DNA from: Opitutus sp. GAS368
GTDB taxonomy: Bacteria > Verrucomicrobiota > Verrucomicrobiia > Opitutales > Opitutaceae
Length of the DNA stretch: 51,652 nucleotides
NCBI GenBank assembly: GCA_945861645.1
Contig: CAMAVZ010000014.1
Span: forward strand, 1 to 51,652
Direction: 5' to 3'
Part shown: piece after piece, positions 38,905 through 50,305 of the stretch
Numbering within the stretch: the stretch's first letter is position 1
Layout: every line of letters starts with the position of its first letter
The notes under the pieces: generated by a model
What the model saw: the letters and a program-made list of their open reading frames with translations, nothing else
Told to the model about the DNA's origin: nothing
Database searches by the model: none
Position numbers and translations under genes: made by a program

Positions 38905-39441
38905 ATGAAGGAATATACCTTAAACCGCGCTTGCCCCGCTACGATTATTCCCGCCGGTGAGGCCGTAACGCTGGCGGCGGGTGAAGTCGTTTTTGTGACG
39001 CAGACCTTGGGTGGAAATGTCACCGTACGCACCGCGAATGGACTCTTTCGCATTGCCCGCGAAGACACCTCTGCCTTGACCGGTCTAACCCTCACCGCCG
39101 AGCCAGCGGCTGCCCAGGTCGCGGGCGATTTTAGCGAAGCGGCTGTTTGGGAAGCTTTGCGCAGCTGCTTTGATCCTGAAATCCCAGTCAATATTGTCGA
39201 CTTGGGCTTGGTCTATGACCTCGCCCTAACCCCCACGGCAGCCGGTGGAAACACCGTGGAAGTTAAAATGACTTTGACGGCGCCCGGTTGCGGCATGGGC
39301 CCAGTTATCGCGGAAGATGCCCGGCAGAAAATCGCCGCCTTGCCGACGGTGGAATCGGCGCGCGTGCATATTGTGTGGGATCCGCAGTGGGCGCCGCAAA
39401 TGATCTCACCCGCGGGCCGCAAGATTCTCGGACTTGAGTAA
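38905..39441 (+). CDS. sufT: Fe-S cluster assembly protein SufT (DUF59 family)
   Basis: TQTLGG N-domain, DPEIPVNIVDLGLVY, MTLTAPGCGMG, VWDPQW. Confidence 0.9.
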   Translation: MKEYTLNRACPATIIPAGEAVTLAAGEVVFVTQTLGGNVTVRTANGLFRIAREDTSALTGLTLTAEPAAAQVAGDFSEAAVWEALRSCFDPEIPVNIVDLGLVYDLALTPTAAGGNTVEVKMTLTAPGCGMGPVIAEDARQKIAALPTVESARVHIVWDPQWAPQMISPAGRKILGLE

Positions 39442-39565
39442 GCCTTAATGCCAGAGCGGGCTTGGCCGCAAAAGCCGCCGAGGCGTAAAACCGGCCAGTG
39501 GTAAACTAACAGCGTCAGCAAGTTTAAGGCCTGATCCGCGCGTAGAATCTAAAATAGTCGCGAGC

Positions 39566-39608
39566 GCCAGCGAGTGGCGATCGGGCCCGATCACCCATAA
39601 TCGCTGAC
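39566..39608 (-). terminator. Long hairpin just 3' of dus in the convergent sufT/dus gap
   Basis: Core palindrome GATCGGGCCCGATC (39579-39592), extended by outer arms that pair best on the minus strand through G-U pairs; no U-tract. Confidence 0.35.
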
Positions 39609-39619
39609 CTTTAGCCAAA

Positions 39620-40711
39620 TTATGCGCACACCGTATCGAGCGAACAGCTTTGCAAAGGGGTTTCGCAATTGGGCCGAGCGATGACGCCGGGATAAGGTTC
39701 AGCGGAAAACAAGCGGGCTGGCTCGGTGAGCAAATGGCGATCACACACCGCAAAGAGTTCGGCGGCCGTTACGGCTCGCCGCATAGCATGGAGAAAAGCG
39801 CCCGCCTCATCGACGCTCTGGCCCACAAAATTAAGATATTTCTTCATTTTTGCCACTTGGGCAAATTCCGGTACTTCGGCGGAGTGGGTCTCCCGATAGA
39901 GGCGATCGATATATTCGCGGACTTGCACGAGCGTAATTACGCTGACCGCTTCGCCCGCCAGTCGTTCGCGAATTTGGCGAAAAATCCACGGATTGCGGAT
40001 GGCATGGCGGCCGATCATCACGCCCGCTGCGCCGGTATTTGTTAAAATAGCATCTGCTTGTTGGGCGGAGGAAACATTGCCGTTCGCGAGCACGGGGCAG
40101 TTGACGCTGCGGGCCGCGAGGCCGATGAAATCATAGTGCACGTCACTCCGGTAGCCTTCCTTGACGGACCGACCGTGCACGCTGAGCAGATCGATGCCGT
40201 GTTTATTAATGAGGGCGAGAATGCGCTCGAAATTATCCGTCGAGTCAAAGCCTAGGCGCATTTTCACCGTGAAAAGATGAGGCACGGCATCGCGCAGGGC
40301 TCCGAGGAGGGTATCGATTTTAGCGGGATCACGCAGCAAGCCGCCGCCGACATTCTTTTTATAAATCTTAGGCGCCGGACAACCTAAGTTCAGATCGATG
40401 CCGGCGATCGGATAGGCGAGTAAGGCTTTTACGGTGCGCACCATATCGGGAATATGTTCTCCGATGAGCTGGGCGAAAATGGGCCGGCCAGTTTGGTTTT
40501 CGCTCAGCGAGCGCAGGATGTGTTTCTCGGGGCGAGATTGGCTGTGGACGCGGAAAAATTCGGTGAAAAAGTAATCGGGTGCGCCGTAGTGGGCCGCGAC
40601 GCGCATGAAGGCGAGGTCGGTGACATCCTGCATTGGCGCCAAGGCGGTGAGCGCTTGGCCCGGTCGGAGACGCGGGGGCAGGGCGGGGCGGCCGGCGGGC
40701 GGATGATTCAC
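39620..40711 (-). CDS. tRNA-dihydrouridine synthase family protein
   Basis: LAPMQDVTD, DLNLGCP, VKMRLG, VHGR, ANGNV, VMIGR.A..NPWIF; GTGA overlap with the upstream gene. Confidence 0.9.
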   Translation of the reverse strand: MNHPPAGRPALPPRLRPGQALTALAPMQDVTDLAFMRVAAHYGAPDYFFTEFFRVHSQSRPEKHILRSLSENQTGRPIFAQLIGEHIPDMVRTVKALLAYPIAGIDLNLGCPAPKIYKKNVGGGLLRDPAKIDTLLGALRDAVPHLFTVKMRLGFDSTDNFERILALINKHGIDLLSVHGRSVKEGYRSDVHYDFIGLAARSVNCPVLANGNVSSAQQADAILTNTGAAGVMIGRHAIRNPWIFRQIRERLAGEAVSVITLVQVREYIDRLYRETHSAEVPEFAQVAKMKKYLNFVGQSVDEAGAFLHAMRRAVTAAELFAVCDRHLLTEPARLFSAEPYPGVIARPNCETPLQSCSLDTVCA

Positions 40712-41178
40712 TGGTCGCCCTCTTCCTTGGGCGCTTCTTTTTGCTGCTTCAGTACCCGCTCAAGAATTTCGGTCATGTCTTCCACTACCTCAAAAACTTT
40801 ACGGGCGACAAAAATGGGTCGCTTCTGTTGCAGCGCCAAAACGATGGAGTCGCTCGGCCGAGCATCCAACTCGAGGATTTTGCGTCCGAGTTCATTCTGC
40901 ATGTGAAAAATGATGCGGGCGAAATAGGTGCCATCGTTGACATCATTGATAATGATGCGCTCGAGCTTGATTTCCAAGCCCAGCAGTAAATGGCCGATGA
41001 GGTCATGGGTCAGGGGCCGCTCTTTCTTCACCCCATTCATCGTCATGGAAATTGCGCTGCCGACGCTAGGATCGACATAGATGACGAAGACTTTGGTCTC
41101 ATGGCCGAGGAAAACGGCACACCCATTGGCGGTGGGCATGAGACCCTTGATGGAGACTTCGATATTATCGGCAGACAT
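40708..41178 (-). CDS. Bifunctional nuclease family protein (DUF151)
   Basis: RPLTHDL, GTYFARI, DARPSDSI.LAL...PIFV. Confidence 0.9.
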   Translation of the reverse strand: MSADNIEVSIKGLMPTANGCAVFLGHETKVFVIYVDPSVGSAISMTMNGVKKERPLTHDLIGHLLLGLEIKLERIIINDVNDGTYFARIIFHMQNELGRKILELDARPSDSIVLALQQKRPIFVARKVFEVVEDMTEILERVLKQQKEAPKEEGDQ

Positions 41179-41262
41179 AGTTGCAAGATGTGAGCCCAAG
41201 GAAAAAGTGCAAGTTTGCGTCATCCCGGTAGCCGCCGGTCGGCGCGCGCGCGGAACGCTTAC

Positions 41263-42099
41263 TTAGAAGCCGGTGAGGGTTATACCGGCGGCCTTGGCTT
41301 GCTGTAGCACGGCGGCTTTTTCGAGCATGATGACTTTACCCGCCTCGAGGGCGGCGGCGGTGAGGCCGGCTGCCTGCATGCTGGCGAGCGTTTGCAGACC
41401 GAAAACAGGAACATCAAAACGAAAATCTTGGGATGTTTTGCTGATTTTCACGAAAAGAGATTCATCGGTTTTAAAAGTACCGGCGCGGCGAAGCATGGCA
41501 TCGGTGCCTTCGAAGGCTTCCACCGCGAGCACGGTTCCTTTGCGGACCACGCAGCCTTGGCCGATATCGAGCCGCGCTATTTCTCGGGCAATTTGGATCC
41601 CGTGTTGGAGGTACTCGTCGTTAATGGTAAATTTCCCCACCATCGACTCCAGCGTAGCTAGCTCGTCATCAAGGAAGGCGCGAGCATCGAGCAAGGTCAC
41701 GCCGAGTTGCTCGATTTCTGCGGCAATCGCCCCAAAAATAGTCTCCGCATTGCGCCGCTTGAGGGAAAAAAGAATTGAGGCCGCTTTGAGGTCGGGGGTC
41801 AGCCCATGAAAAAGTTTCTTGGGGGTGACCTGTCCGGCCATGAGGGCGTAGCCCGCGTTAAAATTGCCGAGGGCGGCCAACATTTTCCCTACTTGGCCCA
41901 CATTCAGGCTAAGTCGTTCGCTGGCGGGGAAACTGGCGATCAGCTCCGGGCTTGTTTCGTCATCCATCGCGATGAGGCGAAGGGGCAGGCCCGCGCGGCG
42001 GATAGCGGCCGCGGTGATGATCGGGTATTGGCCGCGTCCGGCGATGAGGACCAGCGGACGTTGGGGGTCAAAATTTGCAGGCAGAAAGACAGAAAGCAC
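41263..42099 (-). CDS. lpxI: UDP-2,3-diacylglucosamine diphosphatase LpxI
   Basis: LIAGRGQYP, MAGQV, LDIGQGCVV, AVEAFEGTD, QDFRFDVPVFG. Confidence 0.9.
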   Translation of the reverse strand: MLSVFLPANFDPQRPLVLIAGRGQYPIITAAAIRRAGLPLRLIAMDDETSPELIASFPASERLSLNVGQVGKMLAALGNFNAGYALMAGQVTPKKLFHGLTPDLKAASILFSLKRRNAETIFGAIAAEIEQLGVTLLDARAFLDDELATLESMVGKFTINDEYLQHGIQIAREIARLDIGQGCVVRKGTVLAVEAFEGTDAMLRRAGTFKTDESLFVKISKTSQDFRFDVPVFGLQTLASMQAAGLTAAALEAGKVIMLEKAAVLQQAKAAGITLTGF

Positions 42100-42167
42100 A
42101 GCGGGAGCGTGGGCGATTTTTACGCCAGAGTAAAGTCCCCCGAGGTGGGGAGGGGGCGCCTAGCACT

Positions 42168-42665
42168 TTACGACAGTGAGCCGTAATATTTTTTATAGCT
42201 CCGGTAGTAGCGATAATTGCTATAATATTCGATGCGCCGCGTGGACAACCCGTTGAGCACGATGCCGAGCAGCTCATTTTTACTCTCCTTGAGCTGCTTA
42301 AGATAGAGCCGAATATGTTTCCGATACGCGCGGTTGAAGCGGCCGACATAGATGGTTTCATCCGTGCGCGCGGAGATCAGCAGGGCATCAGTGACGGCGC
42401 CCATGGGGGGGGGGAGTCGATCACGATGAGGTCAAAATGTTTTTTCATGCGCGCGATGAATAAGCCGAAGGCAGGATGCTCGAGCAATTCGGTCGGACTC
42501 TTGGAGCGTCCCCCGGAGCGGAGGAGGCTCAGATTTTCGTCGACCTTCCTGAACCCCAGTGAGGTATCGGTGAAAGGATCATCCGTGAACTTAGCCCCAG
42601 CTTCAAACCAAGCCAGCAGGCCGGTTTCGTCGGTCAGTTGAAAGTGGCGGTGCAGCATGGGGCGG
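42168..42665 (-). pseudogene. 3' remnant of a BY-kinase (Wzc/CapB-type tyrosine autokinase), 5'-truncated and frameshifted
   Basis: Frame 1 gives RPMLHRHF...SPTELL...FDLIVIDSPP; after a 10-nt C run (G at 42405-42414 on +) frame 2 gives MGAVTDAL...LLGIVLNG...YYSNYRYYRSYKKYYGS. No Walker A or membrane region before the leuS terminator. Confidence 0.8.
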
Positions 42666-42694
42666 CAACGTGCGCGTCCCCCTTCGGGCAACGG

Positions 42695-42723
42695 AAACTA
42701 GCCGCTAATAAATCGGCTAGTTT
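42695..42723. terminator. Probable (bidirectional) terminator downstream of leuS
   Basis: Perfect 10-bp inverted repeat AAACTAGCCG-9 nt-CGGCTAGTTT. Confidence 0.65.
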
Positions 42724-42739
42724 TAAATTATATCATCTT

Positions 42740-45303
42740 CTAGACCAATATATTAAGAATTCTCCCCTTAACATAAATCGATCGCTTGATGGGCTGTCCG
42801 GCGATGTGTGCCGCCACCTTGGGGTGGGCGGAAGCTAAGCTGAGGAGTGCAGCTTCAGTTGTATCAATCGACACCGTCAGGTCGCCCCGATATTTCCCGT
42901 TCACCTGCAAGACGATGGTGATGGTATTGGTCACGAGTTTGGCTGGGTCGAAAGGAGGCCATCCAGCGGTCATCACGGATTCCGTGCCGCCGAGGCGGGC
43001 CCACAGTTCTTCTGCGAGATGGGGGGCAAAAGGCGCGAGTAAACGGAGGACATCCCGCATCACAGCGCGGGGCAGGGCCGGTTCTTTCTGCAGCGCGTTC
43101 AAGAGGATCATCATTTGGGAAATCGCGGTGTTGAAGCGCAGATGATCGATATCTTCGCCGACTTTCTTGATCGTCTCGTGCCGTAATTTTTCGGCGGCAG
43201 GGGTCAACGCGGCGACCAAACTCAAGCGAGCGTTGAGTCCGCCTTCCTCATTCAGGCACTCTCGCCAGACTTTACGGAGGAACCGATGCACGCCTTCGAT
43301 GCCTTGGGGATTCCACGGCTTCATTGCCTCGAGCGGTCCTAAGAACATCAGATACATCCGCAGTGAATCAGCACCGTAAGCGGCGATGATGTCGTCGGGA
43401 TTAACTACATTACCGCGGCTCTTCGACATCTTGACGCCATCCTCGCCGAGAATAATTCCTTGGTGAAAAAGTTTCTGGAAGGGTTCGCTTTCAGTCACGA
43501 CCCCCAAATCAAAAAGTACTTTATGCCAGAAACGGGCGTACAGCAGATGCAGGACGGCGTGCTCGGCGCCACCGACATAAAGATCGGGCGTTCCCCAATA
43601 GCGCAAAGCCTCAGCGCTCGCGAGTGCCGTCGAATTTTTCGGATCGAGGTAGCGTAAATAATACCAGCACGAGCCGGCCCATTGGGGCATGGTATTGGTT
43701 TCGCGCCGCGCGCGCACCCAAGTTCCGTTCGTGGGCTTCGTTTGGGTGACAGGCACACTGGCGCCGGTATTAACTTCCAGCCAAATTTGGAGCCAAGCGG
43801 TTTCATTCGCCAAAGCGCTTTCGCCCGTGCCGCTGGGGAGATAGGACTGCACCTCTGGCAAGGTTAAGGGCAGGGCCGCATCGGGCAAGGGGAGCGCATA
43901 ATGGGCAACCCCAGCTTCGAGGAAGGTGACTGGCTGTGCGGGCAAATCGCCGCGGGTGGTGGCGGCGATTTGATAATCGGTGGCGCTGACCCAGGCGATG
44001 GGGAAGGGTTCGCCCCAATAACGCTGCCGAGAAAATAGCCAGTCGCGTAATTTATAATTAATCGTGCGCTGGCCCATCCCGCGGGCCGCCAGCGCGGTGG
44101 TGATTTTTTGTTTAGCCTCTGGCCAAGCAAGGCCATCATAGCCTGGCGAATTGATAAGCGAGCCGTCGCCCGTGTAGGGGAGCTCAACCGTGGCCTCTGC
44201 CGCCGCAATGACGCGAATGATCGGCAATGAATATTTAACGGCGAACTCATGATCGCGGTCATCATGCGCCGGCACCGCCATGATCGCGCCGGTCCCATAA
44301 CCCATCAGCACATAATCCGCGACCCAGATGGGCACGCGCGCTTGATTGATCGGGTTAATCGCATAGCTGCCGCTAAAAATTCCGCTCTTATCTTTGGCTA
44401 AATCTGTCCGCTCAAGATCACTTTTGCTGGCGGTTTTCAGGCGATAAGCTGTGACCGCGTCGCGTTGGGCGGGGGCCGTCAAGCCATCGACCAAGGGATG
44501 CTCCGGGGCGATGACCATGTAGGTGCAGCCAAATAATGTATCGGGGCGAGTGGTGAAAACTTTCAGGTGACCGAGTGGCGCCGTTTCGAGGGCAAACGAA
44601 ATTTCGGCGCCTTCGCTGCGACCAATCCAAGCCTCCTGCATCCGTTTGGTGGAATCGGGCCAATCGACGTCCTTCAGTCCATCGATCAATTGCTCGGCAT
44701 AAGCCGTGATCCGCAAGACCCACTGGCGCAGATTGCGCCGTTCGACGGGGAAATTCCCCACTTCAGATTTGCCGTCAACGACTTCTTCATTGGCCAACAC
44801 GGTGCGCAATTCAGGGCACCACCACACGGGACGTTCATCGACGTACGCGAGGCCTTTCTTGAAGAGCTGTAAAAAAATCCACTGCGTCCAACGAAAATAT
44901 TTCGGATCAGTGGTGTCGACTTCACGCTCCCAGTCATAAGAAAATCCCAAAGCCTTAATTTGGCGCCGAAAATTGGTGATATTATTTTGGGTATTAGTGG
45001 AGGGGTGAGTGCCGGTTTTGACGGCATGTTGTTCGGCGGGCAGGCCGAAGGCATCCCAACCGATGGGGTGGAGAACATTGAAGCCACGGGCGCGTTTATA
45101 GCGGGCGAGAATATCGGTGGCGGTGTAGCCTTCCGGATGGCCAATATGTAAACCCGCCCCCGAGGGGTAGGGAAACATGTCGAGGATGTAGTATTTTGGG
45201 AGCGGCGAAGGCTGGGGGGCCCGAAAAGCTTTGGTTTGATCCCAGAAAGATTGCCAATGGGGCTCGATCTGGAGAAAGTCGTAGTCTTTGCAATTAGTAG
45301 CCA

Positions 45304-45304
<1 letters not shown>
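42740..45304 (-). CDS. leuS: Leucine--tRNA ligase
   Basis: MFPYPSGAGLHIGH, FTTRPDT editing domain, GTGAIMAVPAHD, SRQRYWG, KMSKS, QVNGK. Start set at MATN. Confidence 0.97.
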
Positions 45305-46673
<1,369 letters not shown>

Positions 46674-46677
<4 letters not shown>

Positions 46678-48056
46678 GATTCTGGCGGCATTTATTTCTG
46701 CAGACTTGGGTCATGGCTTTGTCGCTCAGCGGCGCGGGCCTCTCCGAACTTTTTAACGAGCGAATCAAATCAGTGGTCGCCGTAGAATTTTTTGTGCAGT
46801 CAGAAATCGAACGTCAGCCGGTGTTCGTTTTAGGCACGGTCATCGATTGGCAGGGCACGATTATCGTGCCGGCGGCGGCGATTTTGCCCAACGTTGCACC
46901 TGATCAGCTCAAGGATTTTAAAGTTTACCGCCCGGGTAACACGGCGGCCGCGCGGGCTGAATATTTGGGGCAAGATGCTTTCACTGGTTGGCATTATTTG
47001 CGCGTCGAAGCTAAGCTCCAACCGGCCTTAGTGCCCATCACGCATTTCCCCGCGGTGACAACTGATCCGGCGATGAGCGATGAGTTGTGGGGCATTGGGC
47101 TGCGGAATAAGGATGAGGATTTTTTGCCTTATTTTCTAAGCGCGCGGGTTGCTACGGTCATGAAGCTACCGCAGAAAACGGCGATTCTCGGCACCGAGGT
47201 GGCGGGTCCTGGTCTGCCAGTATTTGATCAGGCCGGGCGATTTGCGGGTTTAGCCCAAACTTCCTTTGGACAAAACTACTTACTCTTTTCCCGTAATCAG
47301 CACGGCAATCCGATTTTGCTGATCAATGTTGAGGAAAGCAGCGTGGTCCTGCTGGCCGCGGAAGTTTTGCCCTATCTTGGCCGAGTCCCACGTTCGATGA
47401 CGGGCCGCCCCATTGCTTGGCTCGGCGTTTATGGCCTGCAGGCGATGGATCCTGAAGTCGCCAAGCTGCTCCAGCTTGAAAATAAATCGGGAGTCGTCGT
47501 GAGCGATATTCTGGCGGGCAGTCCCGCCGCGCGCGCGGGCCTGCAAGAACGTGATATCGTGCTCGCGATTGATGGCCAACCGTTGCCACGCCTTAAACCC
47601 GATCGCGTCGTCGTGGGTTACTTTAGTCAGGTGATACTGCAGCGGCAGCCAGGTGATGCGATTATTTTAGATATCTGGCGCGGGACGCAGCACCAGGCGA
47701 TCACGGTTCATTTAGGCGAAGAGCCTAAGCTGAGCCGCGAGGCCGATCGTCATTATTTTGAGCGGTTGGGCTTTACGATTCGAGAATTTCTCATCGCGGA
47801 CAGTATCCTACAGCGCACTAAACCCACGGAGGCACAGGGGGTGGTCGTGCATTTTGTGAAACCGGGAAGCCAAGTAGCCACTGTCGGTTTGCGCCCTGAC
47901 GATTGGATCCGCGAGATCGATGGGGATGAAATCAAGAGTTATGCTCAAGCCGTGGCTAAGCTTAAAAGTATCGAAGCGGAAAAAAATCGCGCCGAATTCA
48001 TTTTGCTTGTCAGCCGCGCCGGCGAAACTTCCGTGCTGCGCGTTAAACTTAATTAA
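46674..48056 (+). CDS. HtrA-like protein with degenerate trypsin domain and two PDZ domains
   Basis: Same length and architecture as the upstream HtrA, ATGA overlap, PDZ motifs SPAARAGLQERD and GLRPDD; triad motifs missing. Confidence 0.8.
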
Positions 48057-48127
48057 TCATGAGTGCCTTGCCTCAAAATGATGCGCCAGCTTGCTCCTAG
48101 GGACGGGGTGGGGTTAATTAAATTCTT

Positions 48128-48724
48128 ATGTTTACCGGAATCATTGAAGAAGTCGGTCAGGTGGGGGCTTTCACCCTCGGGGCGGATGCTTGGAAGCTGC
48201 AGGTCGCGGCGGTTAAAATTTCCGCGCAGGTTGCCCTCGGGGATAGCGTCGCGGTCAACGGGTGCTGTCTGACCGTAACACGATTTGCGGCGGGCCAGTT
48301 GTGGTTTGACGTGCTCGCCGAGACGCGGCGGTTGACCAATTTTGCTGAACTCCAGTCTGGGGCGGCGGTGAATCTCGAGTTGAGTTTGAGGCCGACCAGT
48401 CGCTTGGGCGGGCATTTTGTGACGGGTCACATCGACGCGCTGGGGCGAATTATGATGCTCGAGCCACGGGGTCAGGATTATTATTTGCGCGTAGCCACCC
48501 CGACTGGATTCGACCGATATTTGGTCGTCAAAGGTTCAGTCGCCATTGAGGGAATTTCCCTGACGGTGGCCGAGGTAACGGCTGATGCCTTGGCCGTGTG
48601 GTTGATTCCTACCACACTCGCGGCGACCAATCTTAAGCACAAAAAAGTGGGGGAGGCGGTGAATCTAGAATTCGATCTCTTGGCGAAGTATGTCGAAAAG
48701 CTAGCCGCGCTTCGATTGGTTTAA
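48128..48724 (+). CDS. ribE: Riboflavin synthase (alpha chain)
   Basis: MFTGIIEE, GDSVAVNGCCLTV, GGHFVTGHID, KGSVAIEGISLTV. Confidence 0.95.
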   Translation: MFTGIIEEVGQVGAFTLGADAWKLQVAAVKISAQVALGDSVAVNGCCLTVTRFAAGQLWFDVLAETRRLTNFAELQSGAAVNLELSLRPTSRLGGHFVTGHIDALGRIMMLEPRGQDYYLRVATPTGFDRYLVVKGSVAIEGISLTVAEVTADALAVWLIPTTLAATNLKHKKVGEAVNLEFDLLAKYVEKLAALRLV

Positions 48725-48732
48725 TTCATCCC

Positions 48733-49638
48733 GTGACCCCCCGCGATCAACTCTTAGCGCTCAATGATGAACTTCGCCGCCTGAAGGCGAGCGGCCAGCG
48801 AACCGTGCCGGTGACGCGGGAGAGTTTAGCGCAATTGCAAGCCGCGGTGCGGACTGCGCAAGGGGAAGAGGCGCCCCGTGTCGCTGCCGCCGCGCCGTCA
48901 CCGGCTTTGGTTGTAGCCGACCGCCCAGCGATTCTGCCGCCCTCTGCGCCGATCAAGCCGGCGCCAATTTTAATTGCCCCCCCGACGATCCAGTTGCCGG
49001 CGGGCGACAAGGCCACGCGGTGGGCGGCGCTGCGTGCACTCATTTTGCATGATCCAGTGGGGCGGGCCCAGCTCTCTTCTGCGGGAAAAATAGTTTTTGG
49101 GGTGGGCGATCTGAATGCCTCCATCTTTTTTTGCGCGGAGGCGCCGGGGCCAGAAGAGGAAAGTGCGGGCGAGCCCTTTGTTGGGCCGGCGGGTCAGTTG
49201 CTCACCAAAATGATTCAAGGCATGGGGGTGGAACGAGCGCAGGTTTATCTCAGTTATATCATGAATTGGCGGCCAGCGGTTCCGGTCGGCACCAGTCTCA
49301 GTGCGACCGATAATCGGACCCCGACGACGGAAGAACTCCACTACGGGCTGCCTTATTTAAAGGCCCAGCTCGAGATTGTGCAGCCTCGGATGATCGTAGC
49401 TTTGGGCAAAACGGCCGCGGGGGGCTTATTGGGCGCGAGCAGTTTTAAAACTTTGGGCGAAGTTAAAGGACGCTGGCATGAATTCGCCGGCATTCCGGTG
49501 ATGGTCACGTATCATCCCTCTTATATCTTGCGCGATAATAGCAAGCGATCGAAGCGGGCGATCTGGGAAGATCTTCTGCAGGTCATGGCGCGGGCTAAAT
49601 TATCCATTTCGGCGAAGCAAAGAGATCACTTTATTTAG
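48733..49638 (+). CDS. Uracil-DNA glycosylase, family 4-like
   Basis: VFGVG, EAPG, EPFVGPAGQLL, NRTP, VALGKTA, TYHPSY. Confidence 0.88.
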   Translation: MTPRDQLLALNDELRRLKASGQRTVPVTRESLAQLQAAVRTAQGEEAPRVAAAAPSPALVVADRPAILPPSAPIKPAPILIAPPTIQLPAGDKATRWAALRALILHDPVGRAQLSSAGKIVFGVGDLNASIFFCAEAPGPEEESAGEPFVGPAGQLLTKMIQGMGVERAQVYLSYIMNWRPAVPVGTSLSATDNRTPTTEELHYGLPYLKAQLEIVQPRMIVALGKTAAGGLLGASSFKTLGEVKGRWHEFAGIPVMVTYHPSYILRDNSKRSKRAIWEDLLQVMARAKLSISAKQRDHFI

Positions 49639-49739
49639 TCGATGAAGCACCAACTAATTTTTTTGGCTGATCCTCGCTGCGGTTCTGCCGCCTAGGGCGC
49701 GGGCGGAGGCCTGACAGGTCGCTGCGCCGATGCATCTTT

Positions 49740-50111
49740 TTAATCAACTCCAGGCGAGTGGCCTGCAACGCTCGCCGTCAAAGCTTCTGCGACCCGAGCA
49801 TATTCCGCTTTTAGGGCGAGCACTGCGGCCGCGGTGAAGCCCGTCGTGGCGGCGGCTAATTCGATCTCGTGGGCCAATTGGGCCAGCGGGGTGGCCCCGA
49901 AATTTTCTGAACTGCCTTTAATCGAATGCGCGGTACAGCTTATGGCAGCTAAATCGTGGTCAGCTAAGGCTAACTCGATTTTTGCCAACAGCATCGGTGT
50001 ATCTTGGAGATACAGGGCAATGATTTCACGCAAGAAATCGTCGCTGCCGGCGGTGCTCAATTCCCGCAATGCCTCGATGGCTCGCTGGTCGATGGCGGGA
50101 GGGTTTGGCAT
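49740..50111 (-). CDS. Stand-alone Hpt (histidine phosphotransfer) protein
   Basis: AHSIKGSSENFGA phospho-His motif in a helical 123-aa protein. Confidence 0.88.
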   Translation of the reverse strand: MPNPPAIDQRAIEALRELSTAGSDDFLREIIALYLQDTPMLLAKIELALADHDLAAISCTAHSIKGSSENFGATPLAQLAHEIELAAATTGFTAAAVLALKAEYARVAEALTASVAGHSPGVD

Positions 50112-50238
50112 AGGCGTTACATGCTATCGACGCATTCGGCCCATCGTTGAGTTTTTCTGCGGGGCGGCTTTGCCCTCAAGGTGGGTGGAGGGCGTTAGGT
50201 CAGCCACGATTTCTCCGGGCTTTAGCATACATATCATA

Positions 50239-50258
50239 TAATCCAGATACGTTGATAT
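50239..50258. promoter_or_regulatory. Candidate ArsR-family (SahR-like) operator upstream of metK-ahcY
   Basis: TAATCCAG-ATAC-GTTGATAT imperfect palindrome in an AT-rich patch, with a further ATATCA half-site at 50231. Confidence 0.4.
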
Positions 50259-50305
50259 TGTCCTTGCAGTGCGGGCGGTCGCGGCTTTTTTTAGCTTCTA
50301 CCTTT

